A stretch of DNA of 64,000 nucleotides from assembly GCA_030390025.1 (NCBI GenBank), contig CM059430.1:74028001-74092000 (forward strand), in the 5' to 3' direction. Positions 12,290 through 24,128 of the stretch are shown in pieces. The position numbers were made by a program, and so were the translations under genes. The notes below the pieces were generated by a model. The model ran no database searches and was not told the DNA's origin. It worked only from the letters and a program-made list of their open reading frames with translations. Numbering within the stretch: the first letter of the stretch is position 1; each line of letters starts with the position of its first letter. The DNA comes from Squalus acanthias (lineage: Eukaryota).

Positions 12290-12857
12290 CTTTATAAAGA
12301 CAGGAGTAAAAGGGCTCCCCTTTTAAATATTCACTTTTATTTTGAAAGCAACTAAAGTGCACAGGCCTTTTAACACTGGTTTTTGCAGGTTGCAGCACTC
12401 ACTTTCAATTCATTTCACAAAAACACACTTTGGTTCCAGCGCATTTGCGCTCCTCTTTCTCGGCTCTACTTCAGGAAAACATTTCACTTCAGTCTTTGAA
12501 TTTCATGGAAAACTTTGCAGATTCGTGTTAATGTGAAGTAAATCATACTTATGATGCAAATTTCTGTTTGTCTTGCCAGCTCCGAGCAATTCCTTTTATT
12601 CGACATATCCACAATCCCGCAATTCCCTTCAAACCCAAAGCACTTCCAACGATATTTCCTTGCTCTCTCCTCTTCTGCTGTATCTACAAGATACTCTTTG
12701 GTAACTTCATCCACAGACCGGTGGACAACTTCCAACCAGATACTGGCAATATCCAATTCTGGTACACCACCCCGACGCTTCAGCGCTCCACTGCCTATAT
12801 GATGTCATATTGCTTGTCCCCAAATTCCAATCTTGGATGAAACGTATTTGCCTCCAG
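12290..12857 (-). pseudogene. Candidate fossil PIF/Harbinger (HARBI1/DDE_Tnp_4-like) transposase fragment
   Basis: AI*HHIGSG..GVPELDIASIWLEVVHRSVDEVTKEYL..EEE..FGFEGNCGIVD follows the recalled family pattern GV.......I..EV....V.....EY....EEE...FGFPG..G.ID. A downstream YLKGEPFY resembles YLLGDxAY. Matched by eye only. Confidence 0.45.
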
Positions 12858-13430
12858 CTAAAGACCAATGTATACTTAGCACTGTTGGTGTAGATCAAAT
12901 TGACTTTCAAATTATTCTATGACATCTGTCTATCGCTGTATAATCGACTGAATGAAATCGTTCTTGGACAGTAGCGCAACATGGATGATCGGCAATTAGC
13001 AGGCCATTTCACATCCCACCCGAAATACTTAATCATTGAATGTAAGGGATGCAGATTCAAACATGATAGCAGCTAAGGATAAATTCACCTTGTATGTTAC
13101 GTGGGATACCACATTAGGGTAGATTTTTTTCTTCACGGTCGGTGCAGAAAACATCAGATTTTCATTCAAATTAATTCATCAGAATGGATATAAGACGGGT
13201 TCTATAAATGTGCGATCCTACCCGCCAGATTTTGCCCTCAGCTGCTCCTCCCGGCGATAATAAAGGCCCTCCGCCTCATTTATTTTTCCTTTCCCCAATT
13301 ATAATTGTAGCACATTCCCACGATCCGTGATATGGATATGTTGATTATCTTCGGTGATGATATCTGGTCGCATCTCTCGGCAGCTCTTTGATTGAACGAT
13401 GTATGCAGACATACTTGCACCAAATATAAT

Positions 13431-14143
13431 AGCCCGGAATTTGCCGTCAGCTACGAAGTAAAGGCATTCCCTGCTGTCCAAAAGAATGCTACACTCGAAG
13501 TTTTTCGATCTCTATATCGAGAAGTTTGCCTTTTTAATATAATGGGAAATCCCTGGATTACACTGTTGTGACGTCCTTGCAGAATTCTCGCCGGAAGATA
13601 ACCAGGAAGTGAAGAAACTGCCTTTACTCGGACTTTTAAAAATTGTTACGGAGAGCAAAACATGGTTGGGGAAATCGCATGAGGAAAGTTTGAACCTGAA
13701 CTATATATGAACAAACGTTTAAAAAAATATACATTTTCAAATGTTCTTAAAAAATTATATTTCTTACCATAATGGAGAAATTTGTCACACCACAAAATTA
13801 AAATTAGTTTTTCAGGGCCATACTGTTTGTTTCGTCGTCAGTATACTGCTAAAACCCCAATTACACCTAATCCAACAATTACTAATTTTTAGAGGCGTCG
13901 TTCACAGAAATATTACCGTGGAAAAACCAAAGTTTTTGTCAGTTTCACTGATTACACTGATTGCCGCCAATAGGGATGTGGGCACAGCGCAGCTAGTGTC
14001 AGAGCAGTGAAGGACTGACCGGAAATTCATGATTTGTTTTGAGATGCGCATGCGCTACATCCTGAAGTTGCGATCAGCTTCAATAAGTTAATAACAGCGA
14101 ACCCTGTCAGTTCCGCGTTATTACCTACCGCAACTCCAGGCCC
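13431..14143. mobile_element. Harbinger-like non-autonomous TIR element, subfamily A
   Basis: Imperfect TIRs AGCCCGGAATTTGCCGT / ACCGCAACTCCAGGCCC; flanks AAT/TAT; interior repeated at 62866-63300. Confidence 0.65.
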
Positions 14144-15289
14144 TATGTCAAATGGCGATTCCGAACATCGTCAGGAAATAGAAATCTATGAGAACAAGGC
14201 TACATAATGAAATTATAATTTTGGATTGGTGTTCCGATAGAGACCACTGAAACAACCGGGGTAACTACAAACTTAACCCCAGCTGTACAGGACGCGACTC
14301 TGATTATTAATTAACCGCAGATGGATCTCGCAATTCAATCACGTTCACCGATCAGCTTTCCTTTCCAATTGAAAACACTTTTGCTTGAACAAAGACTTTG
14401 AATTTCATGATTTTTTATTCAATCAATTCAGTAACAAGACATGGAAAAATACTTTTCAAACAGCTGTAGAAAGCTTAAGGCAAGGGTCAATAACAAGTAT
14501 AAAGATTGGCAAATTACTCACGTTAAATATATAACATGATAAACAATTTTAAATTTATTCCAGAAATGTTATTTCAATCAAAGTATAACGTTTGTCAATA
14601 TTTCAGAAAGGAGATGGAGAACTTTTGAATGACTCTCTTCGGTCCAGTGTCCACAGCAAAGGAGCAGATGAAGAGATGGGGTGGCGTCTTACATCTATCT
14701 TCTACAACGAGTATCACTTTCTTCTGAAACACTGATACGAGAAAATGTAAAAAAAATATTAGTTATCTATTTCCCTCAAATGAAGCTCTCAATGATCAGC
14801 GACTTGATCAGCAGAAGATTCCATTGCCACTTTTAAATAGATACATGGCTATGGGGTCCGAGCACCCTTTACTGCTTTCTGAACTGAACCTGCCCATACA
14901 CTATGGGCTCCTCTTGCCCTTTCGGTTTGGTCTATGTCTTCTGACCGAAAAAGTCCAGCGCATAGTAGGTCAGCCTTTCTTAAGCTACCATTTCCGGAAT
15001 CTGTAGTAATGTTCAGAAATGGCGTTAATATTCTGTATTCAACAGCCTAACGATTGCTACCTCAAACAACATTGGATATTGCTGCATAGCTTGAAGCAAA
15101 TGTGACGTGCGTGTATCAACCAAAACTTCTCTCACCCTCCTGAAGCGGCTCCAGCATGCACTCCTGCACCTCAACCCTGATCCACGTTATCAAATTAAAC
15201 TCAACATATATGGGCCTCCGTGTTGTGTATACACGATTATGATCGTAAAATAACAACGAAAACCTCAGCAATGAAAGATTCGTGTAAGT

Positions 15290-16095
15290 ATGAAACTGTT
15301 TCCACTGGCAGAAGGTTCACTAACCAGATTTAAGATAATTGGCAAAAGAGCCAGATGTGAGATGACGAGATTGTTTTTTATAACACAGCAAGTTATTATG
15401 ATCTAGAATGCATTGCCTAAAGGAGTGGTGGAAGCAGGCTCAGTAGTACACTTCAAACGGAAATTAACTATATGCTTGAAAATGTGAACAAAAGCATGGT
15501 TATAGAGAAAGAGAAAGGGAGTGTGAATAATTTGAAAGCTTTTCAAAGAGATGGCACTGGTACGATGGGCCTAGTGGCACACTTCTGTGCTGAAACATTC
15601 TATCATTCTGTGAGTTGTGTGTCAACAAGGAGCACATGCAGAGTCTAAAATAATTGTATTTATCGTATGCAATACCAGTGTGAGACAGCACATAATGAGT
15701 AGGGGATATTTAATAGAGGATTTCAAGATCATCAAGGGTTTTGTTAGAGTAAATAAGGAGATATTCTTTCCACTGAGAGAATAATTGGTAACACGTGGTC
15801 ACAGACATAAAGTAATTGTCGGAAGAGGCGGAGGCGAGATGATGAAAAATATTTTTACATAACAAGCTCTTATGATTTGGAATGCACTGCCTGAAAGAGT
15901 AGTGGAAAGAGATTCAATTGTAACTTTCAAAACGAAATTGAGTAACAAGTTGATGGGTGAAAATTGCAAGGTTATGGGGAAAGATCAGGGGCGTGTGACT
16001 AATTACACATCTATTTCAAAGATCCGACACAGGAACGATGGATCCAATGGCCTCCTTCTGTTTTGTTAGATGGTATCATTCTATATGATTCTGTG
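15290..16095 (+). mobile_element. Two tandem CR1 3'-end fragments
   Basis: Repeated IWNALP-encoding segment and CR1 3' UTR (...GGCCTCCTTCTG...TTCTATATGATTC). Confidence 0.75.
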
Positions 16096-16354
16096 ATATG
16101 GCTGTTAACAAAGATCCCATGAAGAATCTAACAAAAGTATATTTCTCGTATGTCATACCAGTGTGAAATAGCAGAGGTTGGCCACAGCTTCAGCAGTGGA
16201 ATATTATATATATTTGGATTGATTGGATTGATTGAGCCCAGCGATTTCTTTATGAACGAACATTATACTGGTTACAGGCAGGGAAGATATCTCATGTCGT
16301 TGAAAATTGTAATTGGCTACGCGACGAAGCTGTGATTCACACAGAGGAAAGGGA

Positions 16355-16941
16355 GTGTGAAAATTTTAGGCTTTTTCTTTCTTTGGTGCCGATTGAGGCT
16401 CACTCAAATCGGCACCAATGAGGCAATATAGCCTCAATATTGGGTTGGTAAACTCACCGCCCTTTTACACATACATTCTATCACTGGCTGGAGAGAGTTC
16501 CTGTCTTCTCAATTAGTCCGTCTTTTTAAAGATGCAAGTCGGGATACTATGGCGTACAAAGGACCACTATTGCTATTTTAGGATATAGCAGGGCAAAGCT
16601 TGAGCCCTGCACTCGGCAAACAAATTTACTGGCTAAACGGCAACATTTTCCCCAAAATGTCGGATTTCTCCGTCTAGCTCTATAAACATAATCTGCGGCG
16701 CCGCTCCGGTGGCTTTCCGCCTCCAGGATCGAGACCCCCAGCCCAGGACTTACATTGTTGTCGCTGTTTTTTTTCTTTTTCGGTCCCTCTGATACTATAA
16801 CAACCTGAATCCGGCCTGACTGCATCGACATCTAGGGTGCGCAGCTAGTCGCTTCTCTTGAAAGCCAGAGCTTGAAAGTGGAACTGGCCACTCTCCTGCC
16901 GGACTGGGCCGTCCGCTGACCAAAAGGTTAAAATTTACCCC
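16355..16941. mobile_element. Probable non-autonomous TIR element, diverged family
   Basis: Right end GGTTAAAATTTACCCC with a degenerate left counterpart; internal palindrome TTGGTGCCGATT...AATCGGCACCAA. Confidence 0.4.
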
Positions 16942-16979
16942 AAAGGGTGCACAAACGAATATGCAGTAAACTGGTACAA

Positions 16980-18199
16980 TAGCAAAATACTGCGGATGCT
17001 GGTAATCCGAAATAACAGCAGAAAACTTCGGAAAAACTCAGCAGGCCATCAGCATCCGTGGAGAGAGAAACAGAGTTAACGTTTCAGGTCGAAAACCTTT
17101 CGTCAGAACTGGGAAAAAGCAGTAAATGAAATAGATTTAAAGCAAGTATAATGCTGGAAAAAGGGGAAAGGAATGAAAGAACAAAAGGGAAGGTCAGTGG
17201 TAGGAGAGAAAGCAGCAGAGATTAAGAGACATTGAGAGACATTAAGACATATTCAAGGCAAGAGGAGGTGGTAATGTGACAGGCTGAGGCTAGATGAAGT
17301 GTGAAATGCGCTGGCAGAATGAAGGACAGCTGTCAGCTTCTGGGAGGGATGAAAAAAGACCAAACAAAAGGGTGGATGAAAAAATAAAATAAAAATATAT
17401 ATATATATATGTGATAGGGGTCGGGGTTATGATCTGAAATTATTGAACTCTTTATTGAGTCCAGAGAGCTGTAGAGTGCCTAAACGAAAGATGAGGTGCC
17501 TATCCTCGAGCTTACGCTGAGCTTCCATGGAACAAAGCAAGAGGCAGAGTACAGTGGGGTCAGAGTGGGAGTGGAGCGGAGAATTAAAGTGACAAGCCAC
17601 CGGTAGATCGGCGGACCCCTTACGGACTGAACGGAGGTGTTCTGCAAAGCGGTCACACAATCTGAGTTTGGTCTCCCCAATGGAGAGGAGACAACATCGT
17701 GAGCAGCGAATACAGTATACTAAATTGCAGGAAGTACAAATAAATAGCTGTTTCACCTGGAAGGGCTGTTTCGGGCCCTGGACAGTGGGAAGGGGGGACG
17801 TATAAAGGCATGTGTTGGATCTCCTGCGCTTGCAGGGGAAGGTGCCGGGCGAAGGGGAAGGGGTGCTGGGGGTGGTACCAGTGCTTCCGACATGTCTTCC
17901 TTTTTCCTCAAACAAGGATTCCCCTCTACTGTGTTTGACATGGCCGTCCACCGTGTCCGTTCTATCTCCCGCACTTCTGACCTCACCCCTGCCCCTCCCT
18001 CCCGGAACCACGATAGAGTTCTCCTTGTCCTCACCTTTCACCCCACCAGCCTGCACTTTCAACGGATCATCCTCGGCCATTTCCGCCACCTCCAGCGTGA
18101 TACCACCACCAGAAGCATCTTCTCCTCACCTCCCATTTCAGCATTCCGCAGGGACCGCGCCCTCCACGACACCCGACTCCACTCCTCTACCACCCCCAG
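16980..18199 (-). mobile_element. Penelope-like element, 3' part with GIY-YIG endonuclease and an inverted 5' segment
   Basis: Minus 17427-17877 encodes PCKRRRSNTC...NLVYCIRCSRCCLLSIGETKLRLCDRFAEHLRSV...PVACHFN. Plus 17880-18199 encodes the upstream linker MSSFF...VLTFHP...AFRRDRALHD. Confidence 0.9.
17074..17110 (-). ncRNA. Minimal type I hammerhead ribozyme in the Penelope pseudo-LTR
   Basis: AGUU CUGACGA A AGGU-UUUCG-ACCU GAAA CGUU AACU: both cores, 4-bp stems I and II, palindromic AACGUU. Confidence 0.8.
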
Positions 18200-19115
18200 G
18201 AACAGAGGAACGTGGAAACAGTAGTGGGCCATTCAGTAATTCAAACCTTTACCGGAATTCAATTAGATCGTGGCTGGTCTGTATCTAAACATTTTTACAT
18301 GCGTTGGTTCCACATCCCTGAACACCGTTGCCTAACAGAAATCTATCAATCTCAGTCTTGAAATTTTCAATTGAACTAGCCTCAACAGTTTATTGAGAGA
18401 GACAGTTTATGATTTACACTACCCTTTGTGAGAAGAAGTGTTTCCTGGCATCACTCCTGAGCAGCCTAGCTCTAATGTTAAGGTTAGCTCTATTTGTTCT
18501 GGACTACCCAACCAGACGAAATAATTTCCCTAATTATCTTAAACTCCTCAATTAGTTCATAGTAGATAGGAGCAGGCGTAGGCCATTCGGCCCCTCGAGC
18601 CTTCTCCTCCATTCAATGCTATCATGGCTGATCATCCAAATTCAGTACCCTGTCCCTGCTTTCTCCCCATATCCCTTGATCCCCTTAGCCTTAAGAAATA
18701 TATCTAACTCCTTCTTGAATATAATGAATGAATTGGACTCAACTGTCTTCTGTGGTAGAGAATTCCACAGGTTCACCAATCACTTTGTGAAGAAATTCCT
18801 CCTCATCTCAGTCCTAAATGGCTTACCCCTTATCCTTAGACTGTGACAATTGGTTCTGGACTCCCCCACCATCGCGAAAATTCTTCCTGCATCTAGTCTG
18901 TCTAGTCCTGTTCGAAATTTATACGTTTCAATGAGATCACCTCTCATTCTTCAAAACTCCAGCGAATACAAGCCCAATCGACCCAATCTCTCTTCATACG
19001 TTATTCCTGCCATCCCACGTATCAGTCTGGTGAATCTTCGCTACACTCTCTCCATGGCAAGAACATCCTTCCTCAGATAAGGCGACCAAAACGGCACACA
19101 ACTCTCAAGGTGTGA
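18200..19115 (-). mobile_element. Two CR1 3'-end fragments
   Basis: Reverse complement of the CR1 3' UTR (GGAGCAGG.GTAGGCCATTCGGCCCCTCGAGCC) and of the ORF2 C-terminus. Confidence 0.8.
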
Positions 19116-19786
19116 TGTTGCTTTGATTTGTTTTTAAATTCTGAATCTCCTGAGCCACATTAACCATTTCATGTCGTGCTATTGGCATGTAACTGAGCAT
19201 GTCGGAGACCCGTTGTTCAGTGCATCTTCTTCAAGCATTTATTCATGCTAGTTGCCTTACACATATCACATTTGAGTTATGTGCCATTAGATTAAAACCA
19301 TTCATGGGCTTCCAGGTTAGCTTATCAACAGATTAAGTGTGTTTGGAGGTCTTTGTCTATCTCCCCCTGCATTGTCCTGATGGTTCTGGTTGTGATCACG
19401 CTGGCAAATGCATTTATCGTATAGTGCATTATAGCCAGAGTCAAAAACATTTTCAAGAGAAAGGTTTCTTTTAACTATTCTTAACCACATTTTCCTTCAT
19501 TTCACTAGAATGTTCTATAATACCAGATTGATATCTTTGTTGGCTTGTGCCCAGGTGACCTGTATTCCTCCTGCAAGCACTTGCACTTCTTTCCCTAACG
19601 CCTTTGTATTAATTCCAATTCACTCATTACCACTTCAGAAAATTATTTTAGAACACTTCCAATTTGGTGATGTATTTTTTCCTATTTCTATCTCATATGC
19701 TCAATCACTTCCACTTATTCCATGTCAAGTAATTAACATTCCAGCTCATTTATGAGCCCTGAAAGAACTTTAATGTTCAATATATT

Positions 19787-20546
19787 GGGCCAGAAATTCG
19801 GGTCTCCACGGGTGAGTACGCGCTGGGTACTCACCCATAGACCCAACGAAGGTGCCGCTTTCGCGCATGCACTGAGCATGCGTTGGTAACCATAACTTCC
19901 GTTCTCCTGAAGAAAAGGATTCAGAGGTCGAACGCGTGTGCCGGAGAGGCAGCGCACATGCTGCGAACTTCGTTTTTTTCAGGTTTCTCCATGACGGTTA
20001 GTACGGAGAAGCTGCGCAGGGAAAAAGGTGGCACAAAGCCTGCTTTTAACAAGTTAAGTGGTGAATTAAGTACAATTTAAACATTTTTTCAACAGATTTA
20101 TCTTTTTTACATAGTTTAAAGAAAGGTAAGTTTATTTTTAGCACCGTTAAAAATTGTAATTAATTTTTTCAAAAATTTATATTTTTGTTTAAAGTAGTTA
20201 ATTTATGTAATTTATAGTTATTTTAAAAATGTGATTTTTTAAAAAAAATATTTAAAGTTATCGTGAGGTTTTGGGGCCCATCTCTATTCATAGATTTGAC
20301 AGGTCTTCCTGTCAATATCTATGAATGAAGATTCCCTGCTTTGATCGGCTTTCCATGGCCCACGTGATCCCAGGGAACGCTTCGAACTAACTGCGCCCTT
20401 GGGATACGCAAGCACTGCACGCCGCAGCTGCAGGAGGCCCAGGAACCGAATTCCGCGCGGGCCCGAAGCACAACCACAGGCGCGGTATGCAAGTACATGC
20501 ACGATTCTTACACCCACGGGAAGCCGGAGAGCCGAATTGCTGGCCC
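19787..20546. mobile_element. Harbinger-like non-autonomous TIR element
   Basis: TIRs GGGCCAGAAATTCGG / CCGAATTGCTGGCCC (14/15 match); flanks ATT/AAT. Confidence 0.85.
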
Positions 20547-21019
20547 AATATTAGCATAATATCTTGGAAGCAAAGATTAAATTTCCCAACTTGGTCCAAG
20601 TTATTAGCCCATTTTGTTTGAATATAGTACCTTACCGATTCTCTTCTTGGAACTTTTATTTTCCAGTATAACCCTCTATATTGTGCTTGAGTCCGCTTTA
20701 TCATTTCAAAATTATCCCAAATGCAAAGCGCAGTATTGTTGGATGGCAGGACATGTCAATGATGAATTTCATTGCTCCCAAAAAAATGTCCTTGCTCGAT
20801 ACAGAGTATTGGGTAGCTATCAACTAGACTGCAGTCCTCTCTTTAAAAAAATTATTATCCCTTTTAACTTCAACTACCTTTTACATTCTCGTGGTCTTGA
20901 AAAAGCAACTCATATCCATTTATCTCCTCAATTCCAGTTACAGAAACATGCTGCACAGGCTTGGTGATTCTACATTCGACACAGAAGTGTTTGAAATTAC
21001 TTTTGGAGGTAACACTTAT

Positions 21020-23575
21020 ATAAGAACGTAAGAACAAAATAATTAGGTGCAGGAGTAGGCCATACGGCCCTTCGAGCTAGCTCTGCCATTCACGAAGATC
21101 ATGGCTGATCTTCGACTTCAACACCACTTCCAGTCCGATCCCCATATCCCTTGATTCCCCTGGAATCAAAAAATCAATCTAATTCAATATGAATATGCTC
21201 AACGACTCAGCATCCACAGCCGTTTTGAGCAGATAATTCGAAAGTTTCACAACCCTCTGACTGAAGACATTTCTCGTCAGCTCAGTCTTAAATGGCCGAC
21301 CTCTTATCCTGACACAATATCACCTAGTTCTAGATTTGCCAGTCAAGGGAAGCAACCTCTTGTGAAGGAATAGTCATGATTCAGAAAAATACAAGATACT
21401 AAGAACAGATTTCTGAAATTATTAAAAAATGACATACTGGGTTTAAAAGACCTCAGCCTTCGCAGACAAGGCTGCAGGCAGAAATATAGGCTTCTGAGAT
21501 AAAGATCAGTTGTAAACAAAGTTGTAAAACACCACAAGCTTTGATATGGGAATGGGATATTGACAAAGACGAAGCCCCTATTGAAGCAAACCATTGGAGG
21601 TTCTTCTATGTCTGAACATTGGAACCAACACAATGGAATCACCCAATTTAAAGTGTTAAAAGCTAACACTGATGCAAACAAAAATTTAGAATATTAAACA
21701 ACCATAAGCCTTCATAATATAACATCAAATAATACAGGAAACACGATTAAATATGCAACCCATTGAGATAGATGGAAAACAAGTAAACACTGAGTTAAAG
21801 TGTTTTCAATTTACATATTGTAAATATGATACATACAGAAGGCTTTGAAGAAATGACATCAAGTAAACTAAACGCCTGCTGAACAAATACTTTTAATGTT
21901 AAGCTTGAAATATGGAGTCCCGAGATCTGATAAAAACAAATTGAACTAAATAAGAAATGTATGGAACACTCTAGATGAAGTATGTACAAGTTGTAAAATA
22001 TACCTAAATAAATACTTTGAAAATGACATCAATGGATGCATCAAGCAATCACATTGTTTATGTGTTAAACCTGGAGCATGCAGGAGACACGACGTCTGGT
22101 AATAACCAGTAAAGCCAATATTAAGAATTGAATGGGAGACCTTCGGTAAGAATTGCATCAAACAGAAACCATTGCTGTCATTGTGTTTATGATGATTTTT
22201 GAAACATCAAAGGTAGAGACATAATTATGCATGCAATGGCTAAATTGACAGTAAAGACAAAAAGCATTCAACAGAGATATCAATAAAGATAATTAGCTTA
22301 CATCATCATGAAAACCTCAAAGGATAAACCACCCAAAAAAGATATAAAAAGAAGAGCTTTTCAAATGGAAAGTCAGAAGTCGCTGGGAAGACAAGCGTTT
22401 CTCAACTTCACAGACCTTCTCTGTAAGTTTTTAACTCTTGAATCTCGGGTAATCAAGGTATTTGATTTTGGTGGTTATTCTGGATTAAGAAATAAGTAGA
22501 AGTGTGGAAATGTAACGAAGTTAATATTTGAGAATAAGGATCTCTGATAAGAAATGTAAGCTATTTGTATTTTGAATGATCAAAGTTGCGATTGCCTTAG
22601 CAGCTGTTTACTAAATGTCGGTTCTTTAATAAATCTAGATATTTTAAGAATTGTCTCACAGAGTATTTATGTATCATCTTGCAAAGTCAAATTTCTGTAC
22701 ACTCAAAGGAGTTGCAGAATTCTGGGGGGTATTCCGGACCCTCATAATGTCTGGAAGGTTACAGTGTAGTTAAACTTATTAAAAGTAATATCCGGAGGAC
22801 GGTAACATCTTTAGATCGTTTCTTTCCTTTAGGGAGAGGTAGTCTGACCTTTAGACCCCATTAAGCGTCTTATAGGATCCGGCTACCGCTGACTTTAGTT
22901 GAAGGTAAACGTCTGGGGAATACGCCTGATCTGGGGCAGTCCGAAAGGGCTAGGACTTGTAATTATCCCTTCACTCTCAGCATCTACCCTGTCAATTACA
23001 CTCGGAATCTAATATGTTTCAATGATATTACCTCCCATTCTTCTAAACTCCAGATTGTATAGGTCCAATCTACTGAATCTCTTCTCACAGGACAACTCTC
23101 TCATCCCGGTGACCCACCGAGTGAACCTTTGTTGCAATGCCTCTCAGGCACATATTTCTTTTCTCAGATAAGGTGACTAAAACTGTGCACAGTACTCCAG
23201 ATGTGGTCTCCCCAAAGCTCTGTGCAATTGAAGTAAGACATCCTTACTCTTGTAGTGCAAACCACTTGCAATAAAGGCCAACATGCCATTTGCATTTCTA
23301 TTTGCTTGGTGTGCCTGCATGCTAAATTTCTGTGTTTCCTGTACAAGGAAACCTAAACCTCTCTGAACACAAACATTTAATAGTTTCTCACCATTTAAAA
23401 ATAATCTGTTTTCTATTGTTCCTACCAAAGTGAATAACCTCAAATTTAGCACATTATACTCCATCTGCCACCTTATTTCCCACTCATGTAACCTGTCTAT
23501 ATCCATTTGTAGGCTCTGTGTGGCCTCCTCGCAGCTTACTTTCACATCTAGCTTTGTATAATCAGCAAACGTGTC
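21020..23575 (-). mobile_element. CR1 3' portion split by an LTR insertion at 21361-22973
   Basis: Joining 21360 to 22978 restores AGCAACCTCTCAGCATCTACCCTGTC, as in other CR1 copies (compare the reverse complement of about 47012-47045). RT C-terminal ORF 23177..23632. Confidence 0.85.
21361..22973 (+). mobile_element. Solo LTR (1613 bp) of an endogenous retrovirus or LTR element, foamy-virus-like layout
   Basis: TG...CA termini (TGTGAAGGA / TCCCTTCA); 4-bp TSD CTCT (21357-21360, 22974-22977); TATAAAAA at 22343; GTAAGT at 22423; AATAAA at 22628. Confidence 0.8.
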
Positions 23576-24128
23576 TCCCCTCGCACTGTATCTTGAACGT
23601 TGCTCGCTATAACTAAACAAAGCAGAACCCATCCCTTATATATGCCTCAGACAGCACACTAATTCCGTTGATGCAACACAAATAAGTTTGTGCGGGATGG
23701 GGCCAAGACATGGCCATGCCCAGTGCTCAATTCCTTTAGACTGGCTTCCCAAGAATCCAATGCCTTTCTCACGTCCCTTATTTGGACTTGTCCTTTTTTC
23801 CCTTGAGGTTTCTTATCTGTTGTGAACGAGCACACTACATCATTGTTCATTGTCCTTTGTAAAATGAGAACTGAAGTGATAATAGGAAGACTATAATCTG
23901 AACCCCTTCCGTGTCCATTGCGCTTTATAAGCTTAATTTTACAGCAGAATAAAACTATACGTGAACAAAACTTCGTACAAACCTGTAATGTAGTGAAGCA
24001 TAACACTGAAAGGTAATAGAAGGCATTGTAATCTAACAGTGAGAGTTTATCGATGGAACAAAGGGCTAACATTTATTTGCTTCTATAGGCAGGGGGGGAG
24101 AATGCATTTGCCGTGCTGTAATAATATT

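Noticed and set aside
14606-14735. Exon-like short open frames on both strands
   Set aside because: No recognisable motif or consistent splice partner.
22495-22520. PPT-like purine run followed by TGTAAC as an LTR start
   Set aside because: The TSD and TG..CA termini define the insertion as 21361-22973, and TATA and donor lie upstream of this point.
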